64,000 nucleotides of DNA from Antedon mediterranea (Eukaryota; Animalia; Echinodermata), in NCBI RefSeq assembly GCF_964355755.1, contig NC_092673.1, forward strand, positions 12,496,948 through 12,560,947. The letters are read 5' to 3'. Made by a program: the position numbers and the translations under genes. The notes under the pieces were generated by a model, which did no database searches, was not told the origin of the DNA, and saw only the letters and a list, made by a program, of their open reading frames with translations. Every line of letters begins with the position of its first letter. Positions within the stretch are counted from its first letter, which is position 1. This document shows, one piece after another, positions 35,395-48,648 of the stretch.

Positions 35395-36031
35395 ATGGAT
35401 TACACAATTGTAGACATGGTCAACGATACTTCTTCTTCATCACATTTTGAAAGGACTCCATCACATTCAACACCACAAAGGGTAAGCGAACGTCATAATA
35501 ATATTTCAAATGTATATACTCCAATTCAGCGGAATAATGTGGGTGCTGGGTATATGCCATACAACCCAGTGCATCAACTGAAAAGTGTTCCAATATTCAC
35601 AGGAACAACAGGGGGTATATTAATAGAGGACTGGGTTCGAGATATGGAGTATTTACTATCAGCTAGTACCATGCCAGTGACATTACAATTTGCAACAATT
35701 GTAAGGAACTTAGGGGGCTCAGCAAGAAAATTGGTTTTGAACATCCCAGTCGAATGGCAAAATCCCCAGACAGCATTTGCCGAATTAAAACAGCAGTTTG
35801 GCGATATTTGCAGTGGGGACCCACTCGCTAATTTCTATGCTCGGTTCCAAGGACCTAATGAAGACGGATCCATATTCGCAATTGAATTGGATTCCAAATT
35901 GAGGCGAGCCGAAACCATCATGGGCAGAGGTCCAATGCCAGACAGGGACCGAATTTTAATAAACCAGTTTTTGCGAGGCATAGTCAACACTGAACTTCGC
36001 AATAGAATTGCGCCGATGAGACCTATGTTTA
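35395..36031 (+). pseudogene. Gypsy Gag, N-terminal part (PNMA-like capsid)
   Basis: FTG...IEDWVRDM, NLGGSARKLV, LKQQFG, FYARFQ..NE, LINQFLRG; cut by the LINE. Confidence 0.85.
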
Positions 36032-36236
36032 TTTATTTATTTATTTCGTTTTCTTTCAGTAGGGTAGCCCTCTCAGTAATAAAATAAAACTGCTCTTCCG
36101 AGGGGCCCTACGGCACATTTAAACAAAATTTGAAAACAACTTAAACTAAACTTAAACTAAAACTAAACTTCAATGCATGTTCTCATTATTATTATAACTT
36201 TTATACCATATTTAAATATATTTCACTGGAACCATC

Positions 36237-39155
36237 CTAGACCACCGGCAACAATAAATGAATCTTAACAAGTGATTTAAAACGGTTATAATTGTTTTGT
36301 TTTCTTAATTCATAAGGTAGGCCATTCCAGAGTGAACTTCCATAATAAACAAAACTACGTTTGTATATTTCGAGGTTACATCTGGGCAAATACAACAGAT
36401 TATTTTCATAGTTTCTGGTTTGAATATTGTGTACACTACTAATATATTGCAAAACATCACATAATTATGAAGGTACAGATTCTTGTAAACATCTAAATAT
36501 TGTACAAATTGTATGATATTCAATTCTTGTCTTAATTGTTAGCCAACCTAAATCATAATGCATTTGTCTAACAGGAGTTCGAATATCAGCACCTAGTATT
36601 AATCGTGCAGCTCTATTTTGTACCCTTTGCAATTTTAAAATATGGGCGTTTGAACCAGTACCCCAGACTGTTGGACAATAGTCAATATGTGATAAAAATA
36701 GAGCATTGTATAATCTTTTAATAATTTTAGGAGATGTAAAACTTTTCAATCTATAAAATAGATGTAGAATTTTTGATAGTTTTGCACATATAGAATCAAT
36801 ATGTACTTTCCATGAGAGTTGTTCATCAAATGTAAGTCCCAAGTATTTAAACGTTTCAACTTTCTCAATCGGAATGTTATCAAAAATTACTGTTTCATCT
36901 GTTGTTTTATCAACACGTGCATGAGTACCAAAAAGCATGTATTTGGTTTTATCAATGTTTAGAGTTAAGTTATGTTTATCTAACCATTGTTTTACATTTT
37001 CCAACTGTTCAGTTAAAACTGTTGTAAGCTCTTCATTTGATTTACATGCATAAAAAAGCGCAGTGTCGTCTGCATAGAGGACTGTTTTACAAATCCCATC
37101 AACACTATCATGTAAGTCATTTATGTATAAAATAAACAACAAAGGGCCAAGAATTGAGCCTTGTGGTACCCCATAGTTGACATTTAAAATTTCAGATTTT
37201 TTTAATAAAATAAAATAATAAAATATTGTGGTCTACCGTATCAAACGCCTTTTTTAGGTCAAGAAAAATTGCTCCAGTTACCAAGCCATTATCAATATTT
37301 TTATATATATAATTGCATACATCTATCAGTGTAGTAGAAGTTGAACGTAACGACCTAAAACCAGATTGATTTTTACATAATAAATTAAACTCATTTATAT
37401 GATTCATAACTTGATTATGGATGCATCTTTCAAAAACTTTCATAACAATAGGTATAACAGATATTGGACGGTAGTTGTTAAGTTCATGTTTACATCCTCC
37501 TTTATAAAGCGGAGTAACCTTAGCACATTTCCATTCACTTGGAATAACACCAGATCTTAATGACCAGTTAAACAAAAAGGCAAGACTTTGAGAAATTTGT
37601 GAAGATGCAATTTTAAGTAACCTAGCGGAAATCCCATCAATTCCAGTAGCTTTTCCAATTTCTAACTTTTCCAACAAAGCTTCAATTTCATTTCCATTAA
37701 TATCTTTAAAGTTGAAACGTTGTTGAAATTGTGATAACGATTCAACGGTAATATCGTTTTGGTTGTCATTAAAATGGGATGCAAGTTCATTAGAAATTGA
37801 ACAAAAATATTTATTAAAATGATTAGCAATATCAGTTGGATTGTTTATTTCATTACCGTTTACATTGAGAGTTGTTTTAGTTTGTTTCTTTTTATTAGGT
37901 AAAAAGTCTTTCATGGTTTTCCATAATGTTTTAGTGTCATTAACATTATCCTTTAATTTATTATTTATATAGTCGCGTTTTGGTGATTTAGACAAATTAA
38001 TTTATTTCTTGCCTTTTTGTAAGAATTCCAATCATCTATGTTCTTAGTTTTTTCGGCTTTTTGTTTTAAATAATCACGGTCACGAGAAAGGGAAACAAAT
38101 TCGTCTGTAAGCCATGGAATATCAGTTCCCTTCCTCCTGACCGTCACCATAGGAGCATGAATATCACAAATATCAGTAAAACTGTGTTTCCAAATGTCCC
38201 AAGCCTCGTCAGCATCCTCGGACGCCTCACAAATACTCCACGGAGCAGATGCAAGATCAGAAATAAACAAATCTTCGTTAAATATCCGGAAGGTTCTCGT
38301 ATGTAAAATACCCGGGGGCAATTTTATTTTAATTTTTTTACGTATTGCATATATCAATGAGTGATCGCTAATTCCAATTGGTACAACTCCAGTTTTGCTT
38401 ATAAAGTCATCCCTATTTGAAAAAATTAAATCAATACAACTACTACTGTTTTCCGTTACGCGCGTTGGAGTTTTAATATACTGGTTTAATTGGAAAATTT
38501 GGTGGAGGGTTTTAATGTTCCGAGAATGCTGTTTATCAAATATATTCCAATTTAAGTCACCAACAACAATAATCTCTCTTATACTATCTAGTATAAAAGA
38601 TATTTGATCATGCACTATATCAACAAATCCAGTACACGAATTTGGTGGTCTTAAACATTACCTATAACGAACGGTTTAGTGTTAACCGGCTTAATTTTTA
38701 TCCATACCGATTCAATTGTATTTTCACAAAAGTCAATTACATCAAAATCAACATTTTCATTTACATAGATAGCCACCCCACCTCCGTGTCTATTTCTGTC
38801 TGTTCTAACTAATAGGTATCCTGGGATTGCAAGTTCACTATTATGTATATTTTGATCTAGCCAGGTTTCACTAATTCCTAAAACATGGAAACGGCATTCC
38901 GAAAGTAAACTCCGAACATGGTCCACCTTATTATAGAGACTTCTGACATTTAAATGACCAATTTTAAAACCCTTTGTACAAATCAATCTCGCATAATTTG
39001 CATAGTATGCCAAAAGCAGGATAAACAATAGAGTCGTTACGTAATTCAGCGTCGTCTACGTCGTTGTCTAAAAGGCTTCCCGTACGATGTTCGTTTAACA
39101 ATTGAATTGGTTTAAATGGTTTATTACATGCGTTACAAATAAAATCTAAAATCAT
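36237..39155 (-). pseudogene. LINE ORF2p (AP-endonuclease + RT), several frameshifts
   Basis: HLNVRSL, ISETWL, GDLN, SDHSLI, NYRPIS, FLDLKKAFDTVDH, GVPQGSILGPL, LYADD. Confidence 0.92.
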
Positions 39156-39209
39156 CTTATCTACATAAAATACAATACAAATTTAGGACATTTAAAATTC
39201 TCTTACACA

Positions 39210-39996
39210 TTACCTTTTACATTTAGGTAATTGTTTAAGATCGGAAGTTCTGGATAAAACAACTTTCTCGTTACTGCCAGTGATTATGGTATGTATGCGA
39301 CCATCTTGTGTCCAAACTGCAGATACCACTGATGCATAGTTTTGCTTTACAGTACGTAGTAAACTTGATCTTTTGCTCGTAAGGTTTTCATGAATGTAGA
39401 TATGGCTCCCCTTTAATTTTTTCTTTGCTCTATATACTTCATCATACAACATTATACGAACTAAACTTTACTATTATTCCTCTTGCTCTTCCGTTTTTCT
39501 TAACTTTTGGCCCCAATCTATGACTCCTGTCTATGCATGTTTTATCTACTTCTACGCTTAGCTTTTTCTTAAACAAATCCAAAACTATATTGTCTGTTAT
39601 CTCACCTTGTTTCTCTTCTATTCCTTGAATAATCAAACAGTTCCTTCTTGAATATTGTTCTGCTTCATCTAGCTCATTTTGTAAGTTCTCTACCTGTTGT
39701 TCTACTTTGCTGAGACGATCTTTAGTATCGTCAAGTTCGAAACGTATTGCTTCAATTGCTGCATCCGTTACAATTTGTGTAATGCTTTCAATCAGCTGGT
39801 GTTTAACAATGCTCGCAATTTTCTCGGCTAGGTCATTGAAAATACTCGTATTTCCTTTAATTATATTGGAAATTTCATTTTGTACAGTAATAGTAAGCGG
39901 TTCCACATCAATGATAGGTGCTGTATCAGTGTTCAGTTCGCAACACTCCTTACCGCTGTCCTTTTTACCACCTTTCCTTGTATTCTTTCCGGCCAT
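39210..39996 (-). pseudogene. LINE ORF1p (coiled coil + RRM, transposase_22-like), one frameshift
   Basis: LDEAEQYSRRNCLIIQGIEE, IDRSHRLG, RGIIVKF, IYIHENLT, WTQDGRI. Confidence 0.88.
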
Positions 39997-40199
39997 GATG
40001 GTGTATTAATACGTACATGTACAGCAGACAAACACCGGCAAGTAAATGCTAGGCTACAGGAGTGCCCTAACACAACAACTGTCCTGCGGGAAATTTGAAC
40101 TGTCACCGCGTAGTGAGGCTGAATGTAGTGAGGCTAGAGAGAGCGATTTAGGACACGTCTGCTCTTAACGACGACTACACGTTGTTTTCGACATTCCGT

Positions 40200-41336
40200 T
40201 GTTTAACGACATTCCGTCATCTAATTGGTGAGGTTCGGATATTTGAGAAAGAAAGTACCATGATAGTGGCTCGAACCCAAGCGCAAAATGTGCGCCAACC
40301 GTCATCTGAGTTTGCAGAAATGCAGCAGTCAATTTCAACACTACAAAACCAAATTTCTGCCCTGACAAACATCAGAAAAGATAACCGGCGTGAGGTACGG
40401 TTGTGCTATGGCTGTAATCAACCAGGACATATAAAGAGGTTTTGCCCCCCAGATTCCAAAAAACGAGGGACCGCTGCCGCAACAGTAGGCAGCGTAAAGC
40501 GAATACCACCATTGGTAGGTCCAACGAATACCATGGTGGTAAAGATCAATGGAGCTGAGAGACTGTCTTTACTTGATAGTGGCTCTCAAATCACAACTAT
40601 GACTGTCGATACTTTGAAATCTATTTTTGGACACACAGATTACAAAGTACAAATTCAACCATCTTCTTTGGAAATCTTAACTGCAAGCGGAGAATCAATG
40701 CCTCATCTGGGAACCGCAACTGTGGATATTGAATTGAGCGGTGAGAAATATTGTTCTGTTCCTGTTTTTATAGTACCTTCAACTGACTTTCGAAAAAATG
40801 TACCCGTTCTTATTGGCACTAATATTCTTCGCTTACATTCTAATTTTAATCATACGCAAAAAGAAAATTCATCGTTGTTAATGTTAGGAAAGGCTGTCTA
40901 CAGATATCGGAAAACTACACGTTTACGACCAGGGGAACAAATTAATGTAGGATGTTCTGTGCAGTGGTATAGCAATTCCTGTGGGACAGTTTTAGTTGAG
41001 CCAATGTGCTCTGGTACTCCTGATGGACTATTAATTGGACGCTCTATTTCACATATTTTTGAAGGAAACAAGGTAACTGTTCGAATTTTAAATGTTTCTG
41101 ATTCCCCTATTTTTATTAAACAAAATACACCAATTGCAAATTTAACACAGATTGCCTGTGTTGATAATGTATGTAGTCAGCAAGTTATAAGCCAAGCACC
41201 GAATATTGATTTAACAAATTCTGATACGTCAAATGAACAACATTCTGCACTTAAAAACCTTTTGGAAGAGTTGTTTTTTCAACTTCCGATAAAGACTTTG
41301 GACATACTAAATCCGTTAAGCACCATATTCCATTAA
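40200..41336 (+). pseudogene. Gypsy Gag C-terminus (CCHC knuckle) + aspartic protease
   Basis: CYGCNQPGHIKRFC; LLDSGSQIT...LIGTNIL. Confidence 0.9.
40458..40494 (+). promoter_or_regulatory. Programmed -1 ribosomal frameshift signal (gag/pol)
   Basis: Slippery AAAAAAC, 7-nt spacer, 7-bp stem cgctgcc/ggcagcg with a 9-nt loop. Confidence 0.7.
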
Positions 41337-41339
41337 GTG

Positions 41340-43938
41340 ACAATCAACCCTTCCGATTACCATTTCGACGCATACCCCCAGCCCAATACTCTGCGGTTCG
41401 TGATGAAATCAACAAAATGTTAGACGCGAATGTTATTACACCTAGCGACAGTCCATATGCTTCACCTATGGTTATTGTGTATAAAAAGGATGGTTCGTTG
41501 AGACTTTGCGTTGACTTTCGAAAATTAAATTCCAAAACAATTAGGGATGCTTTCCCCATTCCTAGAATAGATGAAGCTCTGGACGCTTTGGGTTCTTCAA
41601 AATATTTTTCAACTTTAGACTTAACAAGTGGCTATTGGCAAGTTGAGGTAGCCGATGCCGATAAGCAAAAGACTGCCTTTACAACGCCAATGGGACTTTT
41701 TCAATTTAACAGAATGCCTTTTGGATTGCAAAATGCACCAGCCACTTTTCTGAGATTGATGATGTCATGTTTTAGTGATCAAAATTTTTCTTCATTACTT
41801 ATTTATTTGGACGATATTATTGTTTTTTCGAATACTTTTGAACAACATCTTACGCGATTGGAAATGGTATTCCAGCGTCTTCGTCTGCATGGATTGAAAG
41901 TAAAACCTAGTAAGTGTTCATTTTTAAAACCTAAAATTAGCTATTTGGGACACATCGTGTCTGCAGAGGGTATATCAACCGACCCAGAAAAAATATCTAA
42001 AGTTTCAACTTGGCCTAAACCTGCGAATCGCAAGGAGGTTCAACGTTTCTTGGGATTTTGTGGTTACTATCGTCGTTTTATTTCAAAATTTTCTTCATTA
42101 GCAGCACCCTTATATTCACTCACATCAGGGGATTGTAACACAAAGAAACATAAACGTAGTTATGCCCGTAAATCGCCAACTGTATTTAATTGGACTTCTG
42201 ATTGTGACCAAGCATTCACATTATTAAAGACCCGTTTTAAACTACCGCTCCGATACTTGCTTATCCAGATTATTCGCAACCATTTATCCCGGAAACGGAT
42301 GCATCGGGAACAGGGTTGGGAGCAGTGTTGTCTCAAATACATGACGGGGTACAACACGTCCTTGCTTACGCTAGCCGAGGACTTGGACCATCAGAAACTC
42401 GCTATCCTGCACATAAGCTAGAATTTTTGGCTTTAAAGTGGGCGGTCACATCAAAATTTCGCGACTACTTCCTGGGGACAAATTTTAAGGTTTTTACAGA
42501 CAATAATCCTTTAGTGTATGTGTTAAGCTCAGCCAAATTGGATGCTATTGGCCAACGCTGGGCAGCCGACCTTAGCCAATTTAATTTTTCTATTCATTAT
42601 CACCCCGGTAAAAGCAATGCTGCCACTGATGCATTATCACGACAATATGACTTCTCTAATTCAACTGTTTTATGCCCAAATGATGTTTCAGCCGTTTTGT
42701 CCGGATACCATAGTTCTTGTTTTATATTTACTCATCCTCCGAAAAAGTCTGTACAGTGTAACGTGTTGACAAGAAGCACAGCTAATTCTTCAAGTCGCAA
42801 CATCGATGACGTCATTAATGTGCAGGGAGGGTGTGATGCAGTTTCCTCCTACACCCCCACAGAAATTGTTCATATGCAACGTAATGATCCAACTATTGGT
42901 CTTGTCATTGTATATCTTAATCGCGGATCTCGTCCGACTCATACTGAATGCATCAATGAATCACAAACTGTGCTTACTTTACTTCGCCAATGGGATCATT
43001 TAGAATGGAAGGACAATGTACTTTATCGTAAAACTTTTGTTGACAATTTTCCGCGTTTTCAACTTGTACTTCCGGCTGATCATAAATCAACTGTTTTGAC
43101 AAAATTACATGATGAACTTGGACATTTAGGTTATGAAAGGACTCTAGATATGATACGTAGTAGGTTTTACTGGCCTAAAATGGCTGATGATTCCGACCTC
43201 CATTCCGACCAAGGCCGTAATTTTGAAAGTACCATTATTAAACAAATTTGTAAATTAACAGGCATTGAAAAATCACGTACAACCCCTTATCACCCCATGG
43301 GTAATGGTACTACAGAACGTTGGAATCGTACATTGTTAAGCATGTTAGGCTCTTTACCAGCAGAGAAGAAACTAAACTGGAAGGATTATGTAGGTCCCAT
43401 GGCTCATGCGTATAATTGCACAAAACACGAAACCACTGGTTATGCCCCTTTTTATCTTATGTTTGGACGACACGCGAGATTACCTGTTGATATACTATTT
43501 GGTATAGTAAATAATAATGGTCCGACGGATGGGGAACAATATGACGATTATGTAATTAAGTTACTTGAACAACTGAATCATGCTTATGTCACATCCCAAA
43601 ATTCAGCTAGTGAAGCCAAGGCTAGGCAAAAACATAATTATGATAAACGAGCTACCAATTCAGTACTTAAAATGGGTGACAGGGTACTTGTTCAAAAGAA
43701 AGCTATAGTTGGTAAACAGAAACTCGCTGACCAATGGGAAGAGAAGCCATATGTTATTGTTAATAAACACCCCACTCTACCTGTGTATACAGTTGAGAAT
43801 GATACTCATAAGCGTATCCTTCATAGGAATCTCCTCACCCCTTGTATGTTTCTGCCTATTGAAGACCCTATCGATGTAAACCAACACATTATTAAGTCAC
43901 GTAGTTGGAAAATTAAGAAGGGTCGTCAAATTTTTTAA
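41340..43938 (+). pseudogene. Gypsy pol: RT, RNase H, integrase (frameshifted; integrase partly deleted)
   Basis: LCVDFRKLN, MPFGL, YLDD; TDAS..GLGAVL, LEFLALKWAV; H..LGH, LHSDQGRNFES, PYHPMGNG..ER.N. Confidence 0.93.
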
Positions 43939-44646
43939 TCTTGGAAGAGTAAACAAGCTCATCTTACTGATTCATAGATTTTTAATGTTGAAGCTAATTT
44001 TTGTTATTTATGCATGATTACATTATACTTAATTTTTCTTTTATCACTTGAGGTTATGTTATAGCGGCCCCTCAAAACATTTCGTATTATAACATTAGAT
44101 TATTTACGTTTGATTTATTTTGCTTTGATTTCTTTAATAATTTAAGATTGATTTTCTGATATACAGTATTTTGCTTTAAATTTGTTTGAAACATGATTGT
44201 TTTGATGTTTATGTACGGGTAATACGTACGTGCCTTGAACACGCTGTATTGTCAGTGGTTTAGTGTGGCACTTGTTTCTGGAATGAGATGTTCATTCCTG
44301 TTATATTTTGTATGCTAAATTGTTTTTTTGTTCTTTCTTTTGATTTTGCCAATATGCCGCTGTTAGTGGATTGTCCTGCGACATGAATACGGCTCTACAA
44401 ACATGTATTTTTCTAGTTTGTTTTATCTTATATATTGGTGTTGCTTATTCCGTTATTGTTTATATGCTTGAACATACGGTAGCGGAAAGTTATGTTTTTT
44501 TCTTACTTAAGTTTGCTTGTACTTTTCATTTGATTTTTGTGTTAATTTTGTAGTTTGTAAGTTGTTTTAATATTTTATACTGTTTTAGCTTAAGATTTAT
44601 GTTTTTTATGTAACATCGAGGGCGATGATCAGAAAGCCAGGGTGGA

Positions 44647-45060
44647 TGTAGCAGGTCACTCACTCTCCTGGAATTCATGTGGTTTTCCATTCTTAACTAA
44701 TGTAGACTATAGACCTGGGCTGTAACCACTAAGGTGTCAACTCCTAATAATTAATTGCCTTATTCTATGGAATTGGTAATAACTTACTAATGATTACTTG
44801 GGTGTGATCTTAATGGATATACCAGCTCTTGGGAGGGGACAAGGAGGGTCACTGAACTGATAAGTCACCTCACTGGGCTACTCCTTAAATAGTCATGTAT
44901 GTTCTGTAATTAACACTTCTTGTAGATTAACACAATTTGGAAATAACTTGAACCGATAGCTACAACTTAATCACTCTCTGTGTACCTGTATATAGTGTAA
45001 ATAAAGTACCATTGAGAGAATATAACAACAGTCTGTGTCATTTATATAAAGAGTGCTACG
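44647..45060 (+). repeat. 3' LTR, 414 bp
   Basis: Follows the PPT gaaagccagggtgga; starts tgtagca, ends tgctacg (terminal CA changed to CG); aataaa inside. Confidence 0.92.
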
Positions 45061-45346
45061 TATATAATAATATTATAATACAGTACAGTAATTAGTAATT
45101 TGTGTTCAACATAGATTAGAATAATTTGACTCATCATCTTTATGTTCAATAATAAATGTAGCCGAAAAACTTTGTTAATTTAGCATGTATTGTTCTTTTG
45201 AAATTAATTTTTTTATGAAGATAACACAATGACACCTTGATGTTTGGTGGAAAGCGCGCGGCAAGTGGGTGAATAGATGGCTTCTTTGTATTAGGTGTTG
45301 TATTGTGTACTTTATCTTTATTCGTCTTCAAATTATTATATCCGCA

Positions 45347-46793
45347 ATGTTTAAATTATCAAGTACTGTTCAAGCAATCGATGTCGAATGTGGTGTGTGG
45401 CTGACCGGAAAAGTGAAGGAAATTAGAAAGAACGAGGCACTGATCCAGTGGGCTGGATATAGAAGCTCGACATGGGTTGCGATTCATTTATTAGAGAACC
45501 AATTCGTAAGCGAATCATTTCTTCGAATCACAGTTTTTTTAGAACACTACAGACAGGCGATACTTTCAGGAAAACGTTGCCAGGTGGAGGAATATGCACC
45601 ACAGCGTTGACAGTAGAAACTAATGACTCGTTTGAGTGTAAGGTACGTTTATTTTTGTTATTTCTTTAAATTACTTCCTACTAGACGTCAATAACGAATT
45701 ATCCAACTTAAGGTGTTAACAATTGAGTAAAAAGTGTAATAGTTATGCGCGATTTATCGAATATTGCCCTTTTGCATTTCTTTTGGTAAAATCTTTAATA
45801 ACATTCATTAAATACCGGTAACCCCGATGTTGTAAGTTGTAACATCTCATATAATATAGAACAGATAATATAGAAGAGATAAAATTGTTCTATTGTTAAT
45901 AACACGTTTATTTAAGTTTATTTTATTCATGTATTTTTAATGTTGTTTTCTACTTAGGTTAAGACGTCAATCGGAGTTATCATAAAGTATGAGTATATCG
46001 CTGAAGATGTGAACGACGATGATGATGATGATGATGGTGGTGATGAGCCAATTGTGGATGATATGCCTACAGACACAGTGGAAAGTGCTCCAAGACCGTA
46101 AATGTAGAGAAACCGGTTAGTAACACGCATTAATTAATTAAACTCGTTTCTGTTGACAGTCCATTACCATGTTTACCTATTTATTTTAAATTTGTACAAA
46201 TGATGATTTTTACTGTTACTATTTTAACACTGATTCGTTAATTAATTCAGTTCAAACAATCTATTTATTTTGAGTTTTATCATATACTTTTTAAATTGCA
46301 TAGCATGATCATGGGTACTAAGGCCCTTTATTATTAATCTTACTTGCTTTTAAAATTTGACTGAACTGGAATTTCATCATTAAATCTTATTGTATGAAAA
46401 TATGTTATAATGTTTTTTTTTTTATAGGCTGAACGAGTGATTGATGTAGCTCAATCAAACCAAACTCTAAAGAGCGACCAGACTGATGGCTATGACTACG
46501 ACTGGACTGATTTGAATGGGATCGATGATGAAATTAACCAGATGACAGCGCAGATTGAGGAGCTGCTCCTGTCTTTTTACTTCACTGAAGAAGAACGACT
46601 TCGTTGTAACATCAGCGGCATGAGAAATGCAGAGATGTTCGACCCAGAGCAGTTAACCAAAGTGAGGTTGTTAACTTTTTTTTATTCACTCTTTGCACGT
46701 GCTCTTGAAGAGAAGGTTTGGCGTACCTGCGTCATTGCAATAGAAGCCGCATGGCGCAATAAGAAACGAGAACTTAGATTAAGTTTAGAATAA
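45347..46793 (+). pseudogene. Multi-exon gene relic with an N-terminal Tudor/chromo-barrel-like domain and an acidic tract
   Basis: MFKLSSTVQAIDVECGVWLTGKVKEIRKNEALIQWAGYRSSTWV; frameshift ~45480; putative exons ~45347-45642, ~45958-46100, ~46428-46793. Confidence 0.5.
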
Positions 46794-47159
46794 CTAAAAA
46801 AACATGTACTGTAAATAAATTTTGTAAATAATGTTGTACTGTTGTAAATATTTTTTGATGTTTTTGTATTAAAATATATTTAATTAAGTGTTAATGTTTG
46901 CTAAACTTGTGTTTGTTAATTTATATATAATAAGCTTTTAATTTTTTACATATTAATTGCAATAGAAAATATAAACGGGATAATGTTTTTGTATTAAACT
47001 ATATTAAATAAAGTGTTATGTTTGCTAAAGTTGTATTTTTTAATTTATATATAATAAGCTTTTAAGTTTATAGATATTCATTAAAACACAATGGGTCTTT
47101 TTTTAAGAGGGGAATGATGATGTTCAGTAAAAGGGCTGGTTTGACAATACTGGTATACA

Positions 47160-48095
47160 TCAATAGCCAGTCGCTTTTCTTCTCCTCTTGATGATGGCCG
47201 GAATTACTTTTTTAAGATGACTGACATATTTTTGGCATAAGTCTGGATTCATTTGTTCAGTTCAGAACGTCTTGATTCCATCAACCAGTTGATCCTTCGT
47301 ATCTTTTATTTGGTGCCACACCAACTCAATCGGATTTAGATCAGGACTTTCGGCAGGGGTTTTCCACCAGTATATATCGTTTTGCAGCATAAATCTGTAG
47401 CCAGTATCTGAATAGTGCGTTGTGACGAACGGTATGACTGTGTCCTTTAAAATTGAATTAACATAAAAGTCTGTTCGCATAATCCCGTCGAAAATAACGA
47501 TGGGCATTGCACCTTTTCTTGAGATTCCAGACCAGACATGAACTTTAAGTGGGTGTTTTGGTTTCGGTTTAAATTTTTTGGGTTCTCCGATTTTATGAAA
47601 TGTTATTCTGGCGTGGTGGTCAAATTCAACAGTACATTTGTCTGTAAAAATTACGTTTCTGAATGATTCTCTGTTACCGATACAGGTCACCGCATAATGT
47701 AGACGATCAACTTTATTGGGTCCGCGAATTAACTGACTAGTGACAGTATCTTGTTCCCTCACAGCGCCATTGTAGTTTTCTTTTTGTCATCTTAATCGTT
47801 TGGATGGATAAGTGAACCCCAGTCTTATCAATGATAATATCTTGAAGTTGCCTTGCCGTTGTTTCATCGGTCATCACTTGGTCAATTATATTCAAGTATT
47901 CGTTAGTCACTTTCCCCGGATGTCCAGATCTAGGTCGATCACCAATAGTTTTAAATTCTTCAAACCGAATAACAATTCTTGAGACGGTGGTCTTGTGAAT
48001 TTGATAACCTTTAGAGTGAAGTATTTCGATACGCTGAATCCGAGATGAAAATAACGGACAATCCTTGATCTGATGTGAATTGGTGTTTTAGACAT
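47160..48095 (-). pseudogene. Tc1/IS630-family transposase, degenerate
   Basis: N-terminal HTH-like region; VIFTDKC, KHPLKVHVWSGIS, WWKTPAESPDLNPIELVW; deletions around the second Asp. Confidence 0.88.
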
Positions 48096-48552
48096 GTTGA
48101 AGAAAGCTCATTAAACAAAAAATAAAATGATTTATAACTTCAGTACACATAATAACACGAGTGGTTTGTAAAACAATGACATGAATTAACATATCAATAC
48201 AGTCAACAGCAAAAAATTCGACCCCACCCAATGTTCGTTGGCAATTCAATAACAAAATACAGAACAGTTAATTTAATTTAAACTTCTATAATTATATCAA
48301 GAAAAAATGGTATAAAACTGATATATGTAGGTTTAATAACAGTTCTCATATTATAGCCTACTTATTCAGTAGTAGCGTATATACTTATTCTAAGCTTAAT
48401 TGTTTACATTTATATTATTTGTTTAATTTTAAAAATTATGATATTTTTATTATAAAATTTAATGTACTAAAAATAGTACGCAGTTTGTATTTTGTAATAA
48501 CCGTATCTGGTTGTTGACCATGTGACATGAAACATTGTACTGTTTTCACTCT

Positions 48553-48648
48553 GTCTCTCTCTCCCCGCCGCCGCCGCCGCCGAGGAGGAGGAGGAGGAGG
48601 AGGAGGAGGAGGAGGAGGAGGAGGAGGAGGAGGAGGAGGAGAGCTCTC
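48553..48648. repeat. Compound microsatellite (CT)n(CCG)n(GAG)n
   Basis: Direct reading; about 20 GAG units. Confidence 0.95.

Larger units (their letters stand above)
36032..40199 (-). mobile_element. Near full-length CR1/L2-group LINE (Crack/Daphne-like) inserted antisense in gag
   Basis: 5'UTR with gagcagacgtgt, ORF1, APE-RT ORF2, 3' stem-loop and (TAAA)n tail; possible TSD tgttta (36026-36031/40200-40205). Confidence 0.9.
35042..45060 (+). mobile_element. Ty3/Gypsy LTR retrotransposon (degenerate, interrupted by a LINE)
   Basis: Two near-identical LTR segments, PBS, PPT, and gag-PR-RT-RH-IN order. Confidence 0.95.

Noticed and set aside
45081-48541. cagtaca...tgtactg as TIRs of the Tc1/Tudor unit
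   Set aside because: Only 7 bp match, there is no TA on the right, and such motifs are common here.
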